A DNA stretch of 64,000 bases from the NCBI RefSeq assembly GCF_003018255.1, contig NZ_CP027440.1; one strand, given 5' to 3'. Below are positions 13,898 to 24,926 of this stretch, in pieces. How positions within the stretch are numbered: the stretch's first letter is position 1; each line of letters starts with the position of its first letter. The stretch comes from Escherichia coli (GTDB lineage: Bacteria; Pseudomonadota; Gammaproteobacteria; Enterobacterales; Enterobacteriaceae). Position numbers and translations under genes: made by a program. Below the pieces are notes generated by a model. That model was not told the DNA's origin and ran no database searches. It saw only the letters and a program-made list of their open reading frames with translations.

Positions 13898-13913
13898 TAG
13901 TACCTGTGAAGTG

Positions 13914-13945
13914 AAAAATGGCGCACATTGTGCGCCATTTTTTTT
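13914..13945. terminator. Bidirectional Rho-independent terminator between lpp and ldtE
   Basis: Stem atggcgcac/gtgcgccat flanked by an A-run on the 5' side and a T-run on the 3' side. Confidence 0.8.
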
Positions 13946-13960
13946 GCCTGCCATTTACCG

Positions 13961-14965
13961 CTACTGCGTCGCGCGTAACATATTCCCTTGCTCTGGTTCA
14001 CCATTCTGCGCTGACTCTACTGAAGGCGCATTGCTGGCTGCGGGAGTTGCTCCACTGCTCACCGCAACCGGATACCCTGCCCGACGATACAACGCTTTAT
14101 CGACTAATTTCTGATCTACACCCTTATTGTCTTTAAATTGCGTAAAGCCTGCTGGCAGTGTGTATGGCATTGTCTGAACGTTCTGCTGTTCTTCTGCCGA
14201 TAGTGGTCGATGTACTTCAACATAACGCATCCCGTTAGGCTCCACGGAATATTTCACCGGTTCGTTGATCACTTTCACCGGCGTTCCCGTCCGCACGCTG
14301 GAGAATAAGGCTTTAATATCCGGTGCATTCATGCGAATACACCCTGAACTGACGCGCAAACCGACGCTGTCCGGCGCACTGGTGCCGTGAATGAGGTATT
14401 CGCCATTACCATGCGCGAGGCGCAGTGCGTAACGTCCTAGTGGGTTATTGGGCCCGGCAGGAACGACTGGTGGTAATTTAATGCCACGTTCCAGCGAACG
14501 TTGACGAATGCCCGCCGTAGGCGTCCAGGTTGGGTTAGGGATTTTCTGCCCCACACGCGTTTCCATCACCGGCGTTTCCAGCCCCTGCAAACCAATACCT
14601 ATCGGATAAACCTGCACGATATTTTCTCCCGGCGGATAATTATAAAGGCGCAGCTCTGCAAGGTTTACAATAATCCCCTGACGCGGCGCATCAGGTAATA
14701 ATAGTTGTGAAGGAATAGTTATCGTCGTACCGGGTTTTGGCACCGGGGCGATAGTGTTATTGGCTTCAAGGATCAACATTGCCGCAGTATCAAAACGTCG
14801 GGCGATGGCCTGAAGGTTTTTATCCCCTTCTTGCACCGTATACGTTTGATTTTGCCCAACCAGTCGACTGCCGGTTGGTGGTAGCGGATAATCAACCGCC
14901 CAGGCAGCCTGGATGGCGCTAAAAGCGCCGATAAGCGTGAGTGTAAGCAAAGACGCGCATTTCAT
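13961..14965 (-). CDS. ldtE: L,D-transpeptidase with N-terminal LysM domain, 334 aa
   Basis: Signal peptide; YkuD-type catalytic region with HGT...SSGCIRM motif. Confidence 0.9.
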   Translation of the reverse strand: MKCASLLTLTLIGAFSAIQAAWAVDYPLPPTGSRLVGQNQTYTVQEGDKNLQAIARRFDTAAMLILEANNTIAPVPKPGTTITIPSQLLLPDAPRQGIIVNLAELRLYNYPPGENIVQVYPIGIGLQGLETPVMETRVGQKIPNPTWTPTAGIRQRSLERGIKLPPVVPAGPNNPLGRYALRLAHGNGEYLIHGTSAPDSVGLRVSSGCIRMNAPDIKALFSSVRTGTPVKVINEPVKYSVEPNGMRYVEVHRPLSAEEQQNVQTMPYTLPAGFTQFKDNKGVDQKLVDKALYRRAGYPVAVSSGATPAASNAPSVESAQNGEPEQGNMLRATQ

Positions 14966-15113
14966 TGTAAACCTCCTGTATTTGCCGGAGACTCACGCTG
15001 AAACGTCGGATGGCGCTTATGTTCACCTGAAACCAAAACACTCCTGTGCAGGCCAGTGTAAACATTGACCACCCGGCAATGTGAGCCAACCGGATGAAAG
15101 CTGTCCCTTTAGT

Positions 15114-15530
15114 TTAGCTAAGTGCAGCGGCTTTGGCGCGAATTGCGCGAATCATCGCTTCCAGACCTTGTGAGCGTGATGGGGTGAGATGTTGGGTGAG
15201 CGCCATTTTTTCAAACCACGGGCGCACATCGAAATTGACAATATCCTGCGGCGTCATTTGATCGTAAAGAATAAAGACGACCGCAATAAGCCCTTTTACA
15301 ATGGCCGCATCGCTGTCGCCCTGTAATTCAATAATTCCCTGCGCATTTTGACGCATCACAATCCACACCTGACTCTGGCAGCCCTGGATGCTATTTTGCG
15401 GGCTTTTGTCTTCGTCACGTAATTCTGGCAGACGCTGACCCAACTCAATAATGTAGAGATATTTCTCTTCCCAGTTGGCGCAGCGTAAAAAATTACGCAG
15501 CAATTTTTCTTTATCCGGCAATAAAGCCAT
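15114..15530 (-). CDS. sufE: Cysteine desulfuration sulfur-acceptor protein, 138 aa
   Basis: Sequence and position at the distal end of the suf operon. Confidence 0.95.
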
Positions 15531-15542
15531 AGTGCCTCCCTG

Positions 15543-16763
15543 TTATCCCAGCAGACGGTGAATACGTTGCAGGCCGGTCACCAGACGATCCACTTCTTCA
15601 TGGGTGTTATACATGGCCAGCGATGCCCGACACATCGCAGGGACGTTGTAATAGGCCATTAATGGCATTGCGCAGTGATGTCCGGTACGCACAGCAATGC
15701 CGTAATTATCGAGAAAACTGCCAACATCATAGGCGTGGTGTTTACCGAGATTAAAAGCAATAACGCCAAGCCTGTTTTGTGGGCCATAGAGAGTGAGATC
15801 CGGTACAGATTCCAACTGTGATAACGCGTAATGCATCAGATTCTGTTCATACTCGGCTATGTTATTAAGCCCCAGCGCCGAAACATACTCCAGCGCCGCG
15901 CCAAGACCAATGATGCCTCCGGTATTGGGTGTACCGGCTTCAAACCGCCATGGTGCTTTGGTCCAGGTAGTGCCTTCACTCAGGCTGACGGTGGCGATCA
16001 TAGAACCGCCCCCTTCCCACGGCGGCATCTCCTGCAACAAGGCTTCTTTGACATAAAGAATGCCAATTCCGGTAGGGCCATACAGTTTATGCCCGGAGAA
16101 CACGTAAAAATCGCAATCCAGCGCCTGAACATCCACCGGATGATGCATCACCGCCTGAGCGCCATCCACCAGCACTTTTGCGCCATGTTGATGCGCAAGT
16201 GTGATCATCTCCGCCAGCGGATTTTCTGTCCCAAGCACGTTGGAGACATGAGTAATTGCCAGCAGACGAGTTTTCTCATCAAACAGCGTAGGCAGCGTCT
16301 CCAGTTGCAGAGTACCGTCGGGGTTGAGCGGGATCACACGCAGCTCTGCGCCAACGCGTGCACAAAGCATCTGCCAGGGGACAATGTTAGCGTGGTGCTC
16401 CATCTGACTGATGATGATGTTATCGCCCGCTCGCACATTGCTGTTGCCCCAGCTATTGGCGACCAGATTGATCCCTTCCGTCGTGCCGCGGACGAACACC
16501 AGCTCTTCCGCCGAACGGGCATTAATAAACAGCGATGCCCGCTTGCGCACGTTCTCCATTTTCTCGGTCGCCTGGGCGCTTAAGGTATGAATACCGCGAT
16601 GCACCGCCGCGTAGCCATGACGATAAAACTCAGCCTCGGCATCAATCACCTGGCTCGGTTTCTGCGCACTGGCGGCGCTGTCGAGATAAGCCAGCGGCAA
16701 ACCGTTTACCTCACGAGAAAGCACCGGAAAGTCGGCCCGCACTTTGTCGACGGAAAAAGTCAT
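15543..16763 (-). CDS. sufS: Cysteine desulfurase (PLP-dependent), 406 aa
   Basis: Class V aminotransferase sequence; start overlaps sufD stop (ATGA). Confidence 0.95.
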   Translation of the reverse strand: MTFSVDKVRADFPVLSREVNGLPLAYLDSAASAQKPSQVIDAEAEFYRHGYAAVHRGIHTLSAQATEKMENVRKRASLFINARSAEELVFVRGTTEGINLVANSWGNSNVRAGDNIIISQMEHHANIVPWQMLCARVGAELRVIPLNPDGTLQLETLPTLFDEKTRLLAITHVSNVLGTENPLAEMITLAHQHGAKVLVDGAQAVMHHPVDVQALDCDFYVFSGHKLYGPTGIGILYVKEALLQEMPPWEGGGSMIATVSLSEGTTWTKAPWRFEAGTPNTGGIIGLGAALEYVSALGLNNIAEYEQNLMHYALSQLESVPDLTLYGPQNRLGVIAFNLGKHHAYDVGSFLDNYGIAVRTGHHCAMPLMAYYNVPAMCRASLAMYNTHEEVDRLVTGLQRIHRLLG

Positions 16764-18031
16764 CTTGCACCTCCTGGCAGTCGTTGACCGATTCGGGCCA
16801 GCACCTGCTGTTTAAGCCCCTCATCACGCAGTGCTTCCGTCAGTTCGGCAGCAAAGGCGTAAATGATCATCTGCTGGGCATCTTGCTGATTGATCCCGCG
16901 CGAGCGCAGATAAAACATCTGTTCGTCATCAATACGCCCCACCGTCGCGCCGTGGCTGCATTTCACATCATCTGCATAGATTTCCAGCTGCGGTTTCGTA
17001 TCCACTTCCGCCAGTTTGCCCATCAGCAGATTATTGTTGGTCATCTGACCATCCGTTTTGATGGCGTGCTGCGCGACGTTGATCAAACCGTTAAATACCG
17101 CGCGGCCTTTGTCGCTGACGATAGTTTTGTGCAACTGTCGGCTGTTACAAAAACCTTTATTGTGTTCCAACCAGGTACGAGTATCACACACCTCGTTTTT
17201 CACCGGCATCGCCAGGCTATTGATCCGCAGCGTGCTGTTTTCGCCATTGAGTTGCGTACTGGTGTTGTGTCGTAATACTGCGCCACCCAGCAGGAAACTG
17301 TGGCTAAATGCGGTGGCATCGTCAGCCAGCAACAAATCGTTATGAGCAAAGTGGTGACTGAGCGGGTTTTCAAACGCCAGCTTGATATGCTGCAAATGGG
17401 CGTTCGCTGCGACGTTGATAGTGAACCGTGCGCCGGTGAAGTGACGAGCATCATTAAGGCTGACAAAATGTTCGATCACCGTTGCTTCGGCACCTTCCGC
17501 CAGATCCAGATGATGCCGGTAATGGGCAGTATTCACCTCTTCACCTGCCACGCCCTGGGTGATATGCATTAACAGCAATGGCTTTGCCGGCCGTTGACCG
17601 CGCTTCACGGCGATATGCGTCACGCTTTGTGCCAGGCTTTCCGTCAAATGCAGAAACACTTCCGCCTGAATAGCATCGGGTAACCCCTGACGGTCGTCGT
17701 TAATGCTCACTTCATATCCGCTGCCTTCAGTTGCATCGCTCAGTGCGGGCACGTAACGTCCATCGACAAACACCAGCCGCACGGCGTCTAATGTTAACGC
17801 TAAGGCATCACGCTGCTGTGGGGATATCTCCCCCGCAATGCTGACAAACTGGCTATTGGTCAGCCCGTCCAGCGGCGTATATTTCCAGTTTTCATGTTTA
17901 CGTGTCGGCAGTCCGGTACGCAGCAATTGTTGTAAATGCTGCTGTGCTTGCGGGGAGCGTTTCGCCCCTTCAGCTTCAAACAAATGATGCCACTGTTGCA
18001 GTGCGTTACTGCTGTTCGGTAAGCCAGCCAT
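16760..18031 (-). CDS. sufD: Fe-S cluster assembly protein SufD, 423 aa
   Basis: Start overlaps the 3' end of sufC by 26 nt. Confidence 0.9.
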   Translation of the reverse strand: MAGLPNSSNALQQWHHLFEAEGAKRSPQAQQHLQQLLRTGLPTRKHENWKYTPLDGLTNSQFVSIAGEISPQQRDALALTLDAVRLVFVDGRYVPALSDATEGSGYEVSINDDRQGLPDAIQAEVFLHLTESLAQSVTHIAVKRGQRPAKPLLLMHITQGVAGEEVNTAHYRHHLDLAEGAEATVIEHFVSLNDARHFTGARFTINVAANAHLQHIKLAFENPLSHHFAHNDLLLADDATAFSHSFLLGGAVLRHNTSTQLNGENSTLRINSLAMPVKNEVCDTRTWLEHNKGFCNSRQLHKTIVSDKGRAVFNGLINVAQHAIKTDGQMTNNNLLMGKLAEVDTKPQLEIYADDVKCSHGATVGRIDDEQMFYLRSRGINQQDAQQMIIYAFAAELTEALRDEGLKQQVLARIGQRLPGGAR

Positions 18032-18752
18032 AACCCTGCTCCTCCAGTTGTTTGACCAACGTGAAATCGCCGGATTTCACAATTCGTCCCTGATACAGCA
18101 CATGGACGTAATCAGGCTTGATGTAGTCGAGAATGCGTTGGTAGTGCGTAACAATGATGAATGAACGCTTGCCGTCACGCAGCGAGTTCACGCCATCGGC
18201 AACCACTTTTAATGCGTCAATATCCAGCCCGGAGTCTGACTCATCAAGAATGCATAACTCCGGTTCCAGCACCGCCATTTGCAAAATATCGTTGCGCTTT
18301 TTCTCACCGCCGGAAAAACCAACGTTTACCGAACGGGTTAATAAATCTTCCGGCATCTTCAGGAGAGCGATTTTCTCTTCCATCAAATCCTGAAAATCAA
18401 AGCGGTCGAGCGTTTCCTGGCCGCGATAGCTGCGCACCGCATTAAGTGCCGTTTGCAGGAAAAACTGGTTACTGACGCCGGGAATTTCCACCGGATACTG
18501 GAAGGCCATAAAGATGCCTTCACCTGCACGATCTTCCGGTGACAGCGCAAGCAAATCTTTGCCTTTGAACTCAACCGTGCCGCCCGTCACCTCATAATCT
18601 TCTCGCCCGGCAAGCGTTGCCGATAAGGTACTTTTGCCAGAACCGTTTGGCCCCATAATGGCGTGAACTTCGCCGGGACGAACGTCGAGGCTTAATCCAC
18701 GCAGGATAGCTTTATCTTCCACGCTGACGTGTAAATCTTTAATACTTAACAT
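18006..18752 (-). CDS. sufC: Fe-S cluster assembly ATPase, 248 aa
   Basis: Walker A GPNGSGKST and ABC signature LSGGEKKR. Confidence 0.95.
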   Translation of the reverse strand: MLSIKDLHVSVEDKAILRGLSLDVRPGEVHAIMGPNGSGKSTLSATLAGREDYEVTGGTVEFKGKDLLALSPEDRAGEGIFMAFQYPVEIPGVSNQFFLQTALNAVRSYRGQETLDRFDFQDLMEEKIALLKMPEDLLTRSVNVGFSGGEKKRNDILQMAVLEPELCILDESDSGLDIDALKVVADGVNSLRDGKRSFIIVTHYQRILDYIKPDYVHVLYQGRIVKSGDFTLVKQLEEQGYGWLTEQQ

Positions 18753-18761
18753 GTTTATTCC

Positions 18762-20249
18762 TTATCCGACGCTGTGTTCAAGACTGATGGCGAGGAGTTT
18801 TTGTGCTTCAACGGCAAATTCCAGCGGCAGTTCCGAGAACACGTCTTTGCAAAAACCGTTAACAATCATCGAGATGGCATCTTCTTCGCTGATCCCGCGT
18901 TGCAGGCAGTAAAACAGTTGATCTTCACCAATACGTGATGTCGTTGCCTCGTGCTCCAGCTGAGCGCTGTTATTGCGACATTCGACATACGGGAAGGTAT
19001 GCGCCCCACAATTAGCGCCAATCAGCATTGAATCGCACTGAGTGAAATTGCGCGCATTGGTTGCCGTCGGCATGATTTTCACTAAGCCGCGATAACTGTT
19101 CTGACTATGTCCGGCAGAGATCCCTTTCGAGATAATGGTCGATTTGGTGTTTTTACCGATGTGGATCATCTTGGTGCCGGTATCCGCTTGCTGATGACCG
19201 CTGGTCAGCGCCACTGAGTAAAACTCACCAATGGAGTTATCGCCGCGCAAAATGCAGCTGGGATATTTCCACGTAATCGCTGACCCGGTTTCTGATTGCG
19301 TCCATGACATTTTGCTGTTTTCGCCTTCGCACAACGCACGCTTGGTGACGAAGTTGAGAATACCGCCGGTGTTGTTATCGCCAGGGAACCAGTTTTGTAC
19401 CGTGGAATATTTCACCTCGGCGTTTTTATGGATGATGACTTCCACCACCGCCGCGTGTAACTGATAGCTGTCACGCACCGGAGCGGAACAGCCTTCAATG
19501 TAGCTAACGTAGCTGTCTTCGTCGGCCACCAGAATGGTGCGCTCAAACTGCCCGGTTTTTTCCGCGTTAATGCGAAAATAGGTGGAAAGTTCCATCGGGC
19601 AACGCACGCCTTTAGGCACATAAATAAACGTACCGTCAGAGGCTACCGCCGCATTAAGTGCGGCAAAGAAGTTGTCATTCCCCGGCACCACGGTGCCGAG
19701 ATATTTACGCACCAGTTCCGGGTGATCGTGGATCGCCTCGCCAAAGGAACAAAAAATAATTCCCTGCTCCGCCAGTTTTTCGCGATAAGTAGTGGCAACC
19801 GAAACAGAGTCGAAAATGGCATCCACTGCCACCTCTTTGCCTTCCCGCACGGGAACGCCCAACTGCTCAAACGCCGCCTCCACCTCTTTACTTAAAAAGG
19901 CGTTCGCGCCAGTTTGCTGCACCGCGCCGGGTTCAGACGCACAAGTGTCGTCACAATTACCGCACGATGGTGCCGAATAGTAGCTGTAATCCTGATAATT
20001 CAGCTTGTCGTAGTGCGCTTTCAACCAGTGCGGTTCTTCCATCTCCAGCCATGCGCGATAGGCATTTAGACGAAACTCCAGCATCCACTCCGGCTCATTA
20101 CGCTTCGCCGAAATTGCGCGCACCACCTCTTCGTTTATCCCCTTTGCCAGCTCATCGGTGGCTAACTGGGTGAAGAATCCTTCTTTATAATTCAGCGGGC
20201 CGCCGGTCCAGGTTTTGACATCGTCAGTTGCTTCAGTATTACGAGACAT
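18762..20249 (-). CDS. sufB: Fe-S cluster scaffold protein SufB, 495 aa
   Basis: Track ORF extends to 20288, but the ATG at 20249 gives N-terminus [10 protein letters not shown]. Confidence 0.9.
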   Translation of the reverse strand: MSRNTEATDDVKTWTGGPLNYKEGFFTQLATDELAKGINEEVVRAISAKRNEPEWMLEFRLNAYRAWLEMEEPHWLKAHYDKLNYQDYSYYSAPSCGNCDDTCASEPGAVQQTGANAFLSKEVEAAFEQLGVPVREGKEVAVDAIFDSVSVATTYREKLAEQGIIFCSFGEAIHDHPELVRKYLGTVVPGNDNFFAALNAAVASDGTFIYVPKGVRCPMELSTYFRINAEKTGQFERTILVADEDSYVSYIEGCSAPVRDSYQLHAAVVEVIIHKNAEVKYSTVQNWFPGDNNTGGILNFVTKRALCEGENSKMSWTQSETGSAITWKYPSCILRGDNSIGEFYSVALTSGHQQADTGTKMIHIGKNTKSTIISKGISAGHSQNSYRGLVKIMPTATNARNFTQCDSMLIGANCGAHTFPYVECRNNSAQLEHEATTSRIGEDQLFYCLQRGISEEDAISMIVNGFCKDVFSELPLEFAVEAQKLLAISLEHSVG

Positions 20250-20257
20250 AGTACCGC

Positions 20258-20626
20258 CTATACCCCAAAGCTTTCGCCACAGCCACATTCATTCTGGGCT
20301 TTAGGGTTGTGAAATTTGAATATCTGATTAAGTCCTTCACGAACGAAATCGACTTCCGTGCCATCAATAAACGGCATCGCTTGCAGCGGGACAAACAGCT
20401 TCGCGCCATCGTGTTCAAACAGCAGATCGTCTTTGTCCGGCTCGCTAACACTGTCGAGCACATAGCCAAAGCCCGCGCAGCCCGTTTGCTTCACGCCTAA
20501 GCGCACGCCGACCATACCCGGCTGCTTTGCCACCAGCTCGCGGATGTGGACAGCGGCTGCGGGTGTCAGCGTTAAGCCCTGCCAGGCGAAATCCTGTGGA
20601 TTAAAGGTTCCTGAATGCATGTCCAT
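20258..20626 (-). CDS. sufA: Fe-S cluster A-type carrier, 122 aa
   Basis: C-terminal CGCGESF motif; first gene of sufABCDSE. Confidence 0.95.
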   Translation of the reverse strand: MDMHSGTFNPQDFAWQGLTLTPAAAVHIRELVAKQPGMVGVRLGVKQTGCAGFGYVLDSVSEPDKDDLLFEHDGAKLFVPLQAMPFIDGTEVDFVREGLNQIFKFHNPKAQNECGCGESFGV

Positions 20627-20672
20627 CGATTTACCTCACTTCATCGCTTTCAGCGTATAACAGCATGTTAGT

Positions 20673-20685
20673 GATAATGATTATC
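20673..20685. promoter_or_regulatory. Fur box GATAATGATTATC within the sufA promoter
   Basis: Sits in the spacer of a minus-strand TTGAAC-16 nt-TAACAT promoter about 50 nt upstream of sufA. Confidence 0.6.
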
Positions 20686-20804
20686 AGTTCAACCCAGCAA
20701 ACGCAGGGACTTTAGCGTAAAACATGCTTTTTACCTGCTTTTAATAAGCATAGACCCTGATGTGTGGGTTAACAGGCACGCTAAGAATTAGGTATCTCAT
20801 TGTT

Positions 20805-20821
20805 AGATAATGATTATTATC
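20805..20821. promoter_or_regulatory. Second Fur-box-like palindrome TAGATAATGATTATTATCTA
   Basis: Near-perfect inverted repeat about 180 nt upstream of sufA; function not assignable from sequence. Confidence 0.3.
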
Positions 20822-20909
20822 TAAGGAGCATTAAGGCTGTGATGAAAAAGAAAAAGTTGTATTGAAAATGACTATTTAAGGGATAGGTAAAAAAGTGCAG
20901 CGTTCAGAA

Positions 20910-20985
20910 ATAAGAAAACCCTTAAGTCTGTGCGACACAGGCTTAAGGGTTTCTACCCCATCCGGCGCTTATCTCCGGCACTCAC
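20910..20985 (-). ncRNA. rydB: Candidate small RNA RydB (boundaries approximate)
   Basis: Minus-strand intrinsic terminator (stem aaacccttaag/cttaagggttt then TTTTCTTATTTC on minus) in the sufA-ydiH spacer where RydB is known to map. Confidence 0.4.
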
Positions 20986-21174
20986 AGTGGCTTAGCTCTT
21001 GAAGGGGCGATAAGAATAATCTCATAAAGCTAACCCGCCGTTTTAACACAAACTGCGATTAGTATTATTTTTGAACAATATCAGGCGGATAGATAAGCAG
21101 TATTAAGAAGGTCATCGAACCTGGACGGAGGTTAATCCAGGTCGATTTGGCAAAATTGCGGCATTAAGTCAGGA

Positions 21175-21363
21175 TCAATGCACGCCCAGACGCCAGGCAA
21201 AGTAGATTTCTTCTTTTAATTCAGCAGAAGAGAGAGTAAGCAGGTCAGCAAATTCAAGTTCTAGTTGTTTCAGACGTTTGAGATATTGGGCAGGTGAAAG
21301 ATTGCTCTGGTCACGGCGTAAAAATTCAATGGCCAGCTGGGTGGGATCAAGTTGAGTAGACAT
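21175..21363 (-). CDS. ydiH: Small uncharacterised protein, 62 aa
   Basis: Track ORF extends to 21444; the internal ATG at 21363 gives a 62-aa product matching YdiH. Confidence 0.65.
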   Translation of the reverse strand: MSTQLDPTQLAIEFLRRDQSNLSPAQYLKRLKQLELEFADLLTLSSAELKEEIYFAWRLGVH

Positions 21364-21462
21364 AGCATCCTCGCTTTTAGACAAGACCTGCACAGTATAC
21401 CACCGTTTACTGTGCAGATAATGACCAAAAGCAATATGCGTCACACTTTTCTGGTGACAACG

Positions 21463-21873
21463 TCACAAAATGGCGGTCGTTAATCGTGACGAACAGCACA
21501 AACGCCCTTTCTCATCGAAGATTTCAATCTGCCAGACCTGGTGACGCGAACCGAGATGCAACGGTTTGCATACGCCGCGCACCCGCCCTTCTCGTGCCGA
21601 GCGGACGTGGTTAGCATTGATTTCCAGACCAACCACCTTTTGCTCACCTTCGGTACATAAATAACCGGCAACGGAACCGATACTTTCGGCCAGTACCACG
21701 GATGCCCCTCCATGCAGCAACCCGAAAGGCTGCTTTGTCCGCGAGTCTACTGGCATTGTCGCTTCAAGGGTGTCATCACCAATATGTTCAAAGCGAATAT
21801 CCAGCAACCCCACCATGTTTCCTTCACCCATGGCATTCAGTGCTTCCAGGGTGATTTTTCGTTTCCATATCAT
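21463..21873 (-). CDS. menI: Hotdog-fold thioesterase (1,4-dihydroxy-2-naphthoyl-CoA hydrolase), 136 aa
   Basis: PaaI/YdiI-family sequence; start overlaps ydiJ stop. Confidence 0.9.
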   Translation of the reverse strand: MIWKRKITLEALNAMGEGNMVGLLDIRFEHIGDDTLEATMPVDSRTKQPFGLLHGGASVVLAESIGSVAGYLCTEGEQKVVGLEINANHVRSAREGRVRGVCKPLHLGSRHQVWQIEIFDEKGRLCCSSRLTTAIL

Positions 21874-24800
21874 TTAATAATCTCCAGTAAAGCCTGCACA
21901 GGATGGCGTACCCCCGTGCCTTCGACCCGTTTTACCTGGCTACGGCAGGAATATCCGGTCGCCAGACAGCGATTACGCGGCAGTCGCTGCATCGCCTGAT
22001 GCCAGGATAACTCATAGATCCCGAGCGAATTTTTATGGTTTTTCGCTTCATGTCCGTAAGTCCCTGCCATGCCGCAGCACCCCACGCTGACATTTTCCAG
22101 TTTCGCGCCAAAACGGGCAAATATCGCAACCCATTGTGCTGGCGCGCCCGGCAAAGCGGTAACTTCGGTACAGTGACCAAAGAAATACCATGATTCACCG
22201 CTGACTGTAGCCACTGGCTGTGAGTCAAGTGCGCTTGCCAGCCATTCATTCGCCAGTAAGACGTTAAACTCGCCACGTTCCTCGCCCAGCGCCAGTTTAT
22301 ATTCATCGCGATAACAAAGTACCAGCGCCGGATCGACGCCCACCATTGGCATCCCCAGCTTCGCCATACGGTTGAGGAAATCCGCCGTCTTTTTCGCCGT
22401 CTTCGCAAAACGATTAAGAAAGCCTTTGATATGCTGGGCTTTGCCATTTGGCGAAAATGGCAGTAACACAGGCTGGAAACCTAATTTTTCAACCAGACGG
22501 ACAAAATCCGCCACCACTTGCGCATCGTAATAGCTGGTAAAGGGGTCCTGCACCACCAACACCGTGCGCGCTTTCTGCTCTGCATTGAGAGCTTCAAGCT
22601 GTTCCAGCGTCATATTCGCCGAGCGATGCCCCACCATTTGTTGTTGTAGCGAGGGGACTGACAGCAGTGGCAAATCAACCATGCCGATATGTTTTTCCGA
22701 GAGCTTGCGCACCAGCGGCTGGTTAATGAAGAAGTTAAAGGTTTTCGGCGCGCGTGCCATCAGCGGTGCGTAGCTCTCGACCGTAGCAACGAGGTGGTCA
22801 CGAAGCGGGCGTAAATAACGGGTGTGATAGAGCTGCAGAAAACGAGAGCGAAACTCCGGCACATCAATTTTGATGGGGCACTGGGTCGAACACGCTTTAC
22901 AGGCAAGACAGCCCGACATCGCCTCTTTGACTTCGTGTGAGAAGTCGTATTCGCCTTTATTCGCATGCCAGCTATTGCGCGTGCGGGCAATTAACGTCCG
23001 CAAACTGACGCCGGATTCAGGCAGTTCTTGTTCCAGTTTGAGTGGGTCAACGCCGCGATCCGCCAACAAGCGCAGCCATTCACGCACCAGCGTTGCGCGC
23101 CCTTTCGGTGAATGAATCCGGTTCTGGGTGATCTTCATCGACGGACACATCGAACTACGGGCATCAAAGTTGAAGCATAAACCGTTGCCGTTACACTCCA
23201 TCGCACCGCGCCACTGCTGGCGTACCGCAATGGGGATCTGCCGATCGAATGTACCGCGCTTCACCGCGTCCACTTTCATCATCGGCGCATCGAGACCTTC
23301 TGGCGGGCAAATCTTCCCTGGGTTGAGTCGGTTATGCGGGTCAAATGCCGCTTTCACTTTGCGCAGTTCTGCAAAAAGTTCCTCACCGAAAAACGCAGGG
23401 CTGTATTCGGCACGAAAACCTTTGCCGTGTTCGCCCCACAACAAACCACCGTATTTCGCGGTAAGCGCCACTACGTCATCAGAGATTTGCTTCATCAAAA
23501 TCTCTTGTTGCGGATCGCACATATCCAGCGCAGGACGGACGTGCAAGACACCTGCGTCGACGTGACCGAACATACCGTAGCTTAAGCCGTGGCTGTCGAG
23601 CAGCGCGCGAAATTCAGCAATATAATCGGCCAGATGTTCCGGCGGTACGCAGGTATCCTCAGCAAACGGAATTGGCTTAGCGGCACCTTTGGCATTGCCA
23701 AGCAGACCAACGGCTTTTTTGCGCATCGCATAGATACGTTCAACACCCGCCAGCTCGCGGCACACCTGCCAGCCAATCACACCTGCCTGTTGGCTGGCAA
23801 TCAGTTCATCCAACCGCGCACAGAGTGCATTTACCCGCTCATCAATCAGCGTCTCATCATCACCAGCAAATTCCACAATGTTCAGCCCGAGCATTTCTTT
23901 GTCAGGCACATCGGTAATCAACTCGCTGACGGAATGCCAGACAATATCTTCCCGCGCCAGATTCAGCACTTTTGAGTCCACCGTCTCTACCGAAAGCGCC
24001 CGCGCCTCAACCATAAACGGCGCGTTACGCAGCGCGGAGTCAAAAGAGTCATATTTGACGTTCACCAGACGGCGCACTTTAGGCAAGGGCGTAATATCCA
24101 GCCGCGCTTCGGTAATAAAGGCCAGCGTCCCTTCTGAACCCGTCAGAATGCGCGTCAGGTCGAACTCGGTCATCTCATCGTTAAAGACATGACGCAGATC
24201 GTAACCGGTAAGAAAGCGGTTAAGTTTGGGGAAGTTGTCGATGATTAACTGGCGTTGCTGACGGCAACATTGATAAACCGTGTTATAAATTCGCCCGATT
24301 GCGGTATTGGTTTTACCCAGCGTTTCTGCCAGTTCGACGGGTAAAGGTTGCGTATCGAGAATATCGCCCCCCAACAACACCGCGCGTACGCCAAGTACGT
24401 GATCTGACGTTTTGCCATAGACCAGCGATCCCTGACCGGATGCATCGGTATTGATCATCCCACCGAGCGTTGCCCGGTTGCTGGTCGAAAGTTCCGGCGC
24501 AAAAAAGTAGCCGAACGGTTTCAGGTACTGATTGAGTTGATCTTTTATCACCCCGGCCTCAACGCGCACCCAGCCCTCTTCAGGGTTAATTTCGATGATG
24601 CGGTTCATATGGCGGGACATATCAACAATAATCCCCTGGTTGAGCGCCTGACCGTTAGTGCCGGTGCCGCCGCCGCGGGGGGTAAAGATCAGCGATGAAT
24701 AGCGTTCCTGCGCGGCAAGACGGGCTATAAGCGCCACATCTGCGGTTGAACGCGGAAATACCACCGCATCGGGGAGAAGTTGGTAAATACTGTTGTCGGT

Positions 24801-24926
24801 CGACATTGTCAGACGATCGGCATAACTTGTCGCCGTATCGCCGGTAAAACCTTGTTGCTCCAGCTCTTGCAAAAAATTAAGCACCAGTTGAACGACGCCG
24901 GGTGCCTGGGAAATCTGTGGAATCAT
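21870..24926 (-). CDS. ydiJ: FAD-linked oxidase fused to Fe-S/CCG domains (D-2-hydroxyglutarate dehydrogenase family), 1018 aa
   Basis: Track ORF extends to 24998, but the ATG at 24926 gives MIPQISQAPG; cysteine cluster CLACKACSTQCP. Confidence 0.9.
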   Translation of the reverse strand: MIPQISQAPGVVQLVLNFLQELEQQGFTGDTATSYADRLTMSTDNSIYQLLPDAVVFPRSTADVALIARLAAQERYSSLIFTPRGGGTGTNGQALNQGIIVDMSRHMNRIIEINPEEGWVRVEAGVIKDQLNQYLKPFGYFFAPELSTSNRATLGGMINTDASGQGSLVYGKTSDHVLGVRAVLLGGDILDTQPLPVELAETLGKTNTAIGRIYNTVYQCCRQQRQLIIDNFPKLNRFLTGYDLRHVFNDEMTEFDLTRILTGSEGTLAFITEARLDITPLPKVRRLVNVKYDSFDSALRNAPFMVEARALSVETVDSKVLNLAREDIVWHSVSELITDVPDKEMLGLNIVEFAGDDETLIDERVNALCARLDELIASQQAGVIGWQVCRELAGVERIYAMRKKAVGLLGNAKGAAKPIPFAEDTCVPPEHLADYIAEFRALLDSHGLSYGMFGHVDAGVLHVRPALDMCDPQQEILMKQISDDVVALTAKYGGLLWGEHGKGFRAEYSPAFFGEELFAELRKVKAAFDPHNRLNPGKICPPEGLDAPMMKVDAVKRGTFDRQIPIAVRQQWRGAMECNGNGLCFNFDARSSMCPSMKITQNRIHSPKGRATLVREWLRLLADRGVDPLKLEQELPESGVSLRTLIARTRNSWHANKGEYDFSHEVKEAMSGCLACKACSTQCPIKIDVPEFRSRFLQLYHTRYLRPLRDHLVATVESYAPLMARAPKTFNFFINQPLVRKLSEKHIGMVDLPLLSVPSLQQQMVGHRSANMTLEQLEALNAEQKARTVLVVQDPFTSYYDAQVVADFVRLVEKLGFQPVLLPFSPNGKAQHIKGFLNRFAKTAKKTADFLNRMAKLGMPMVGVDPALVLCYRDEYKLALGEERGEFNVLLANEWLASALDSQPVATVSGESWYFFGHCTEVTALPGAPAQWVAIFARFGAKLENVSVGCCGMAGTYGHEAKNHKNSLGIYELSWHQAMQRLPRNRCLATGYSCRSQVKRVEGTGVRHPVQALLEIIK

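Noticed and set aside
15831-17275. Plus-strand ORFs of 250 and 246 aa antisense to sufS and sufD
   Set aside because: Arg/His-rich junk translation opposite recognised suf genes.
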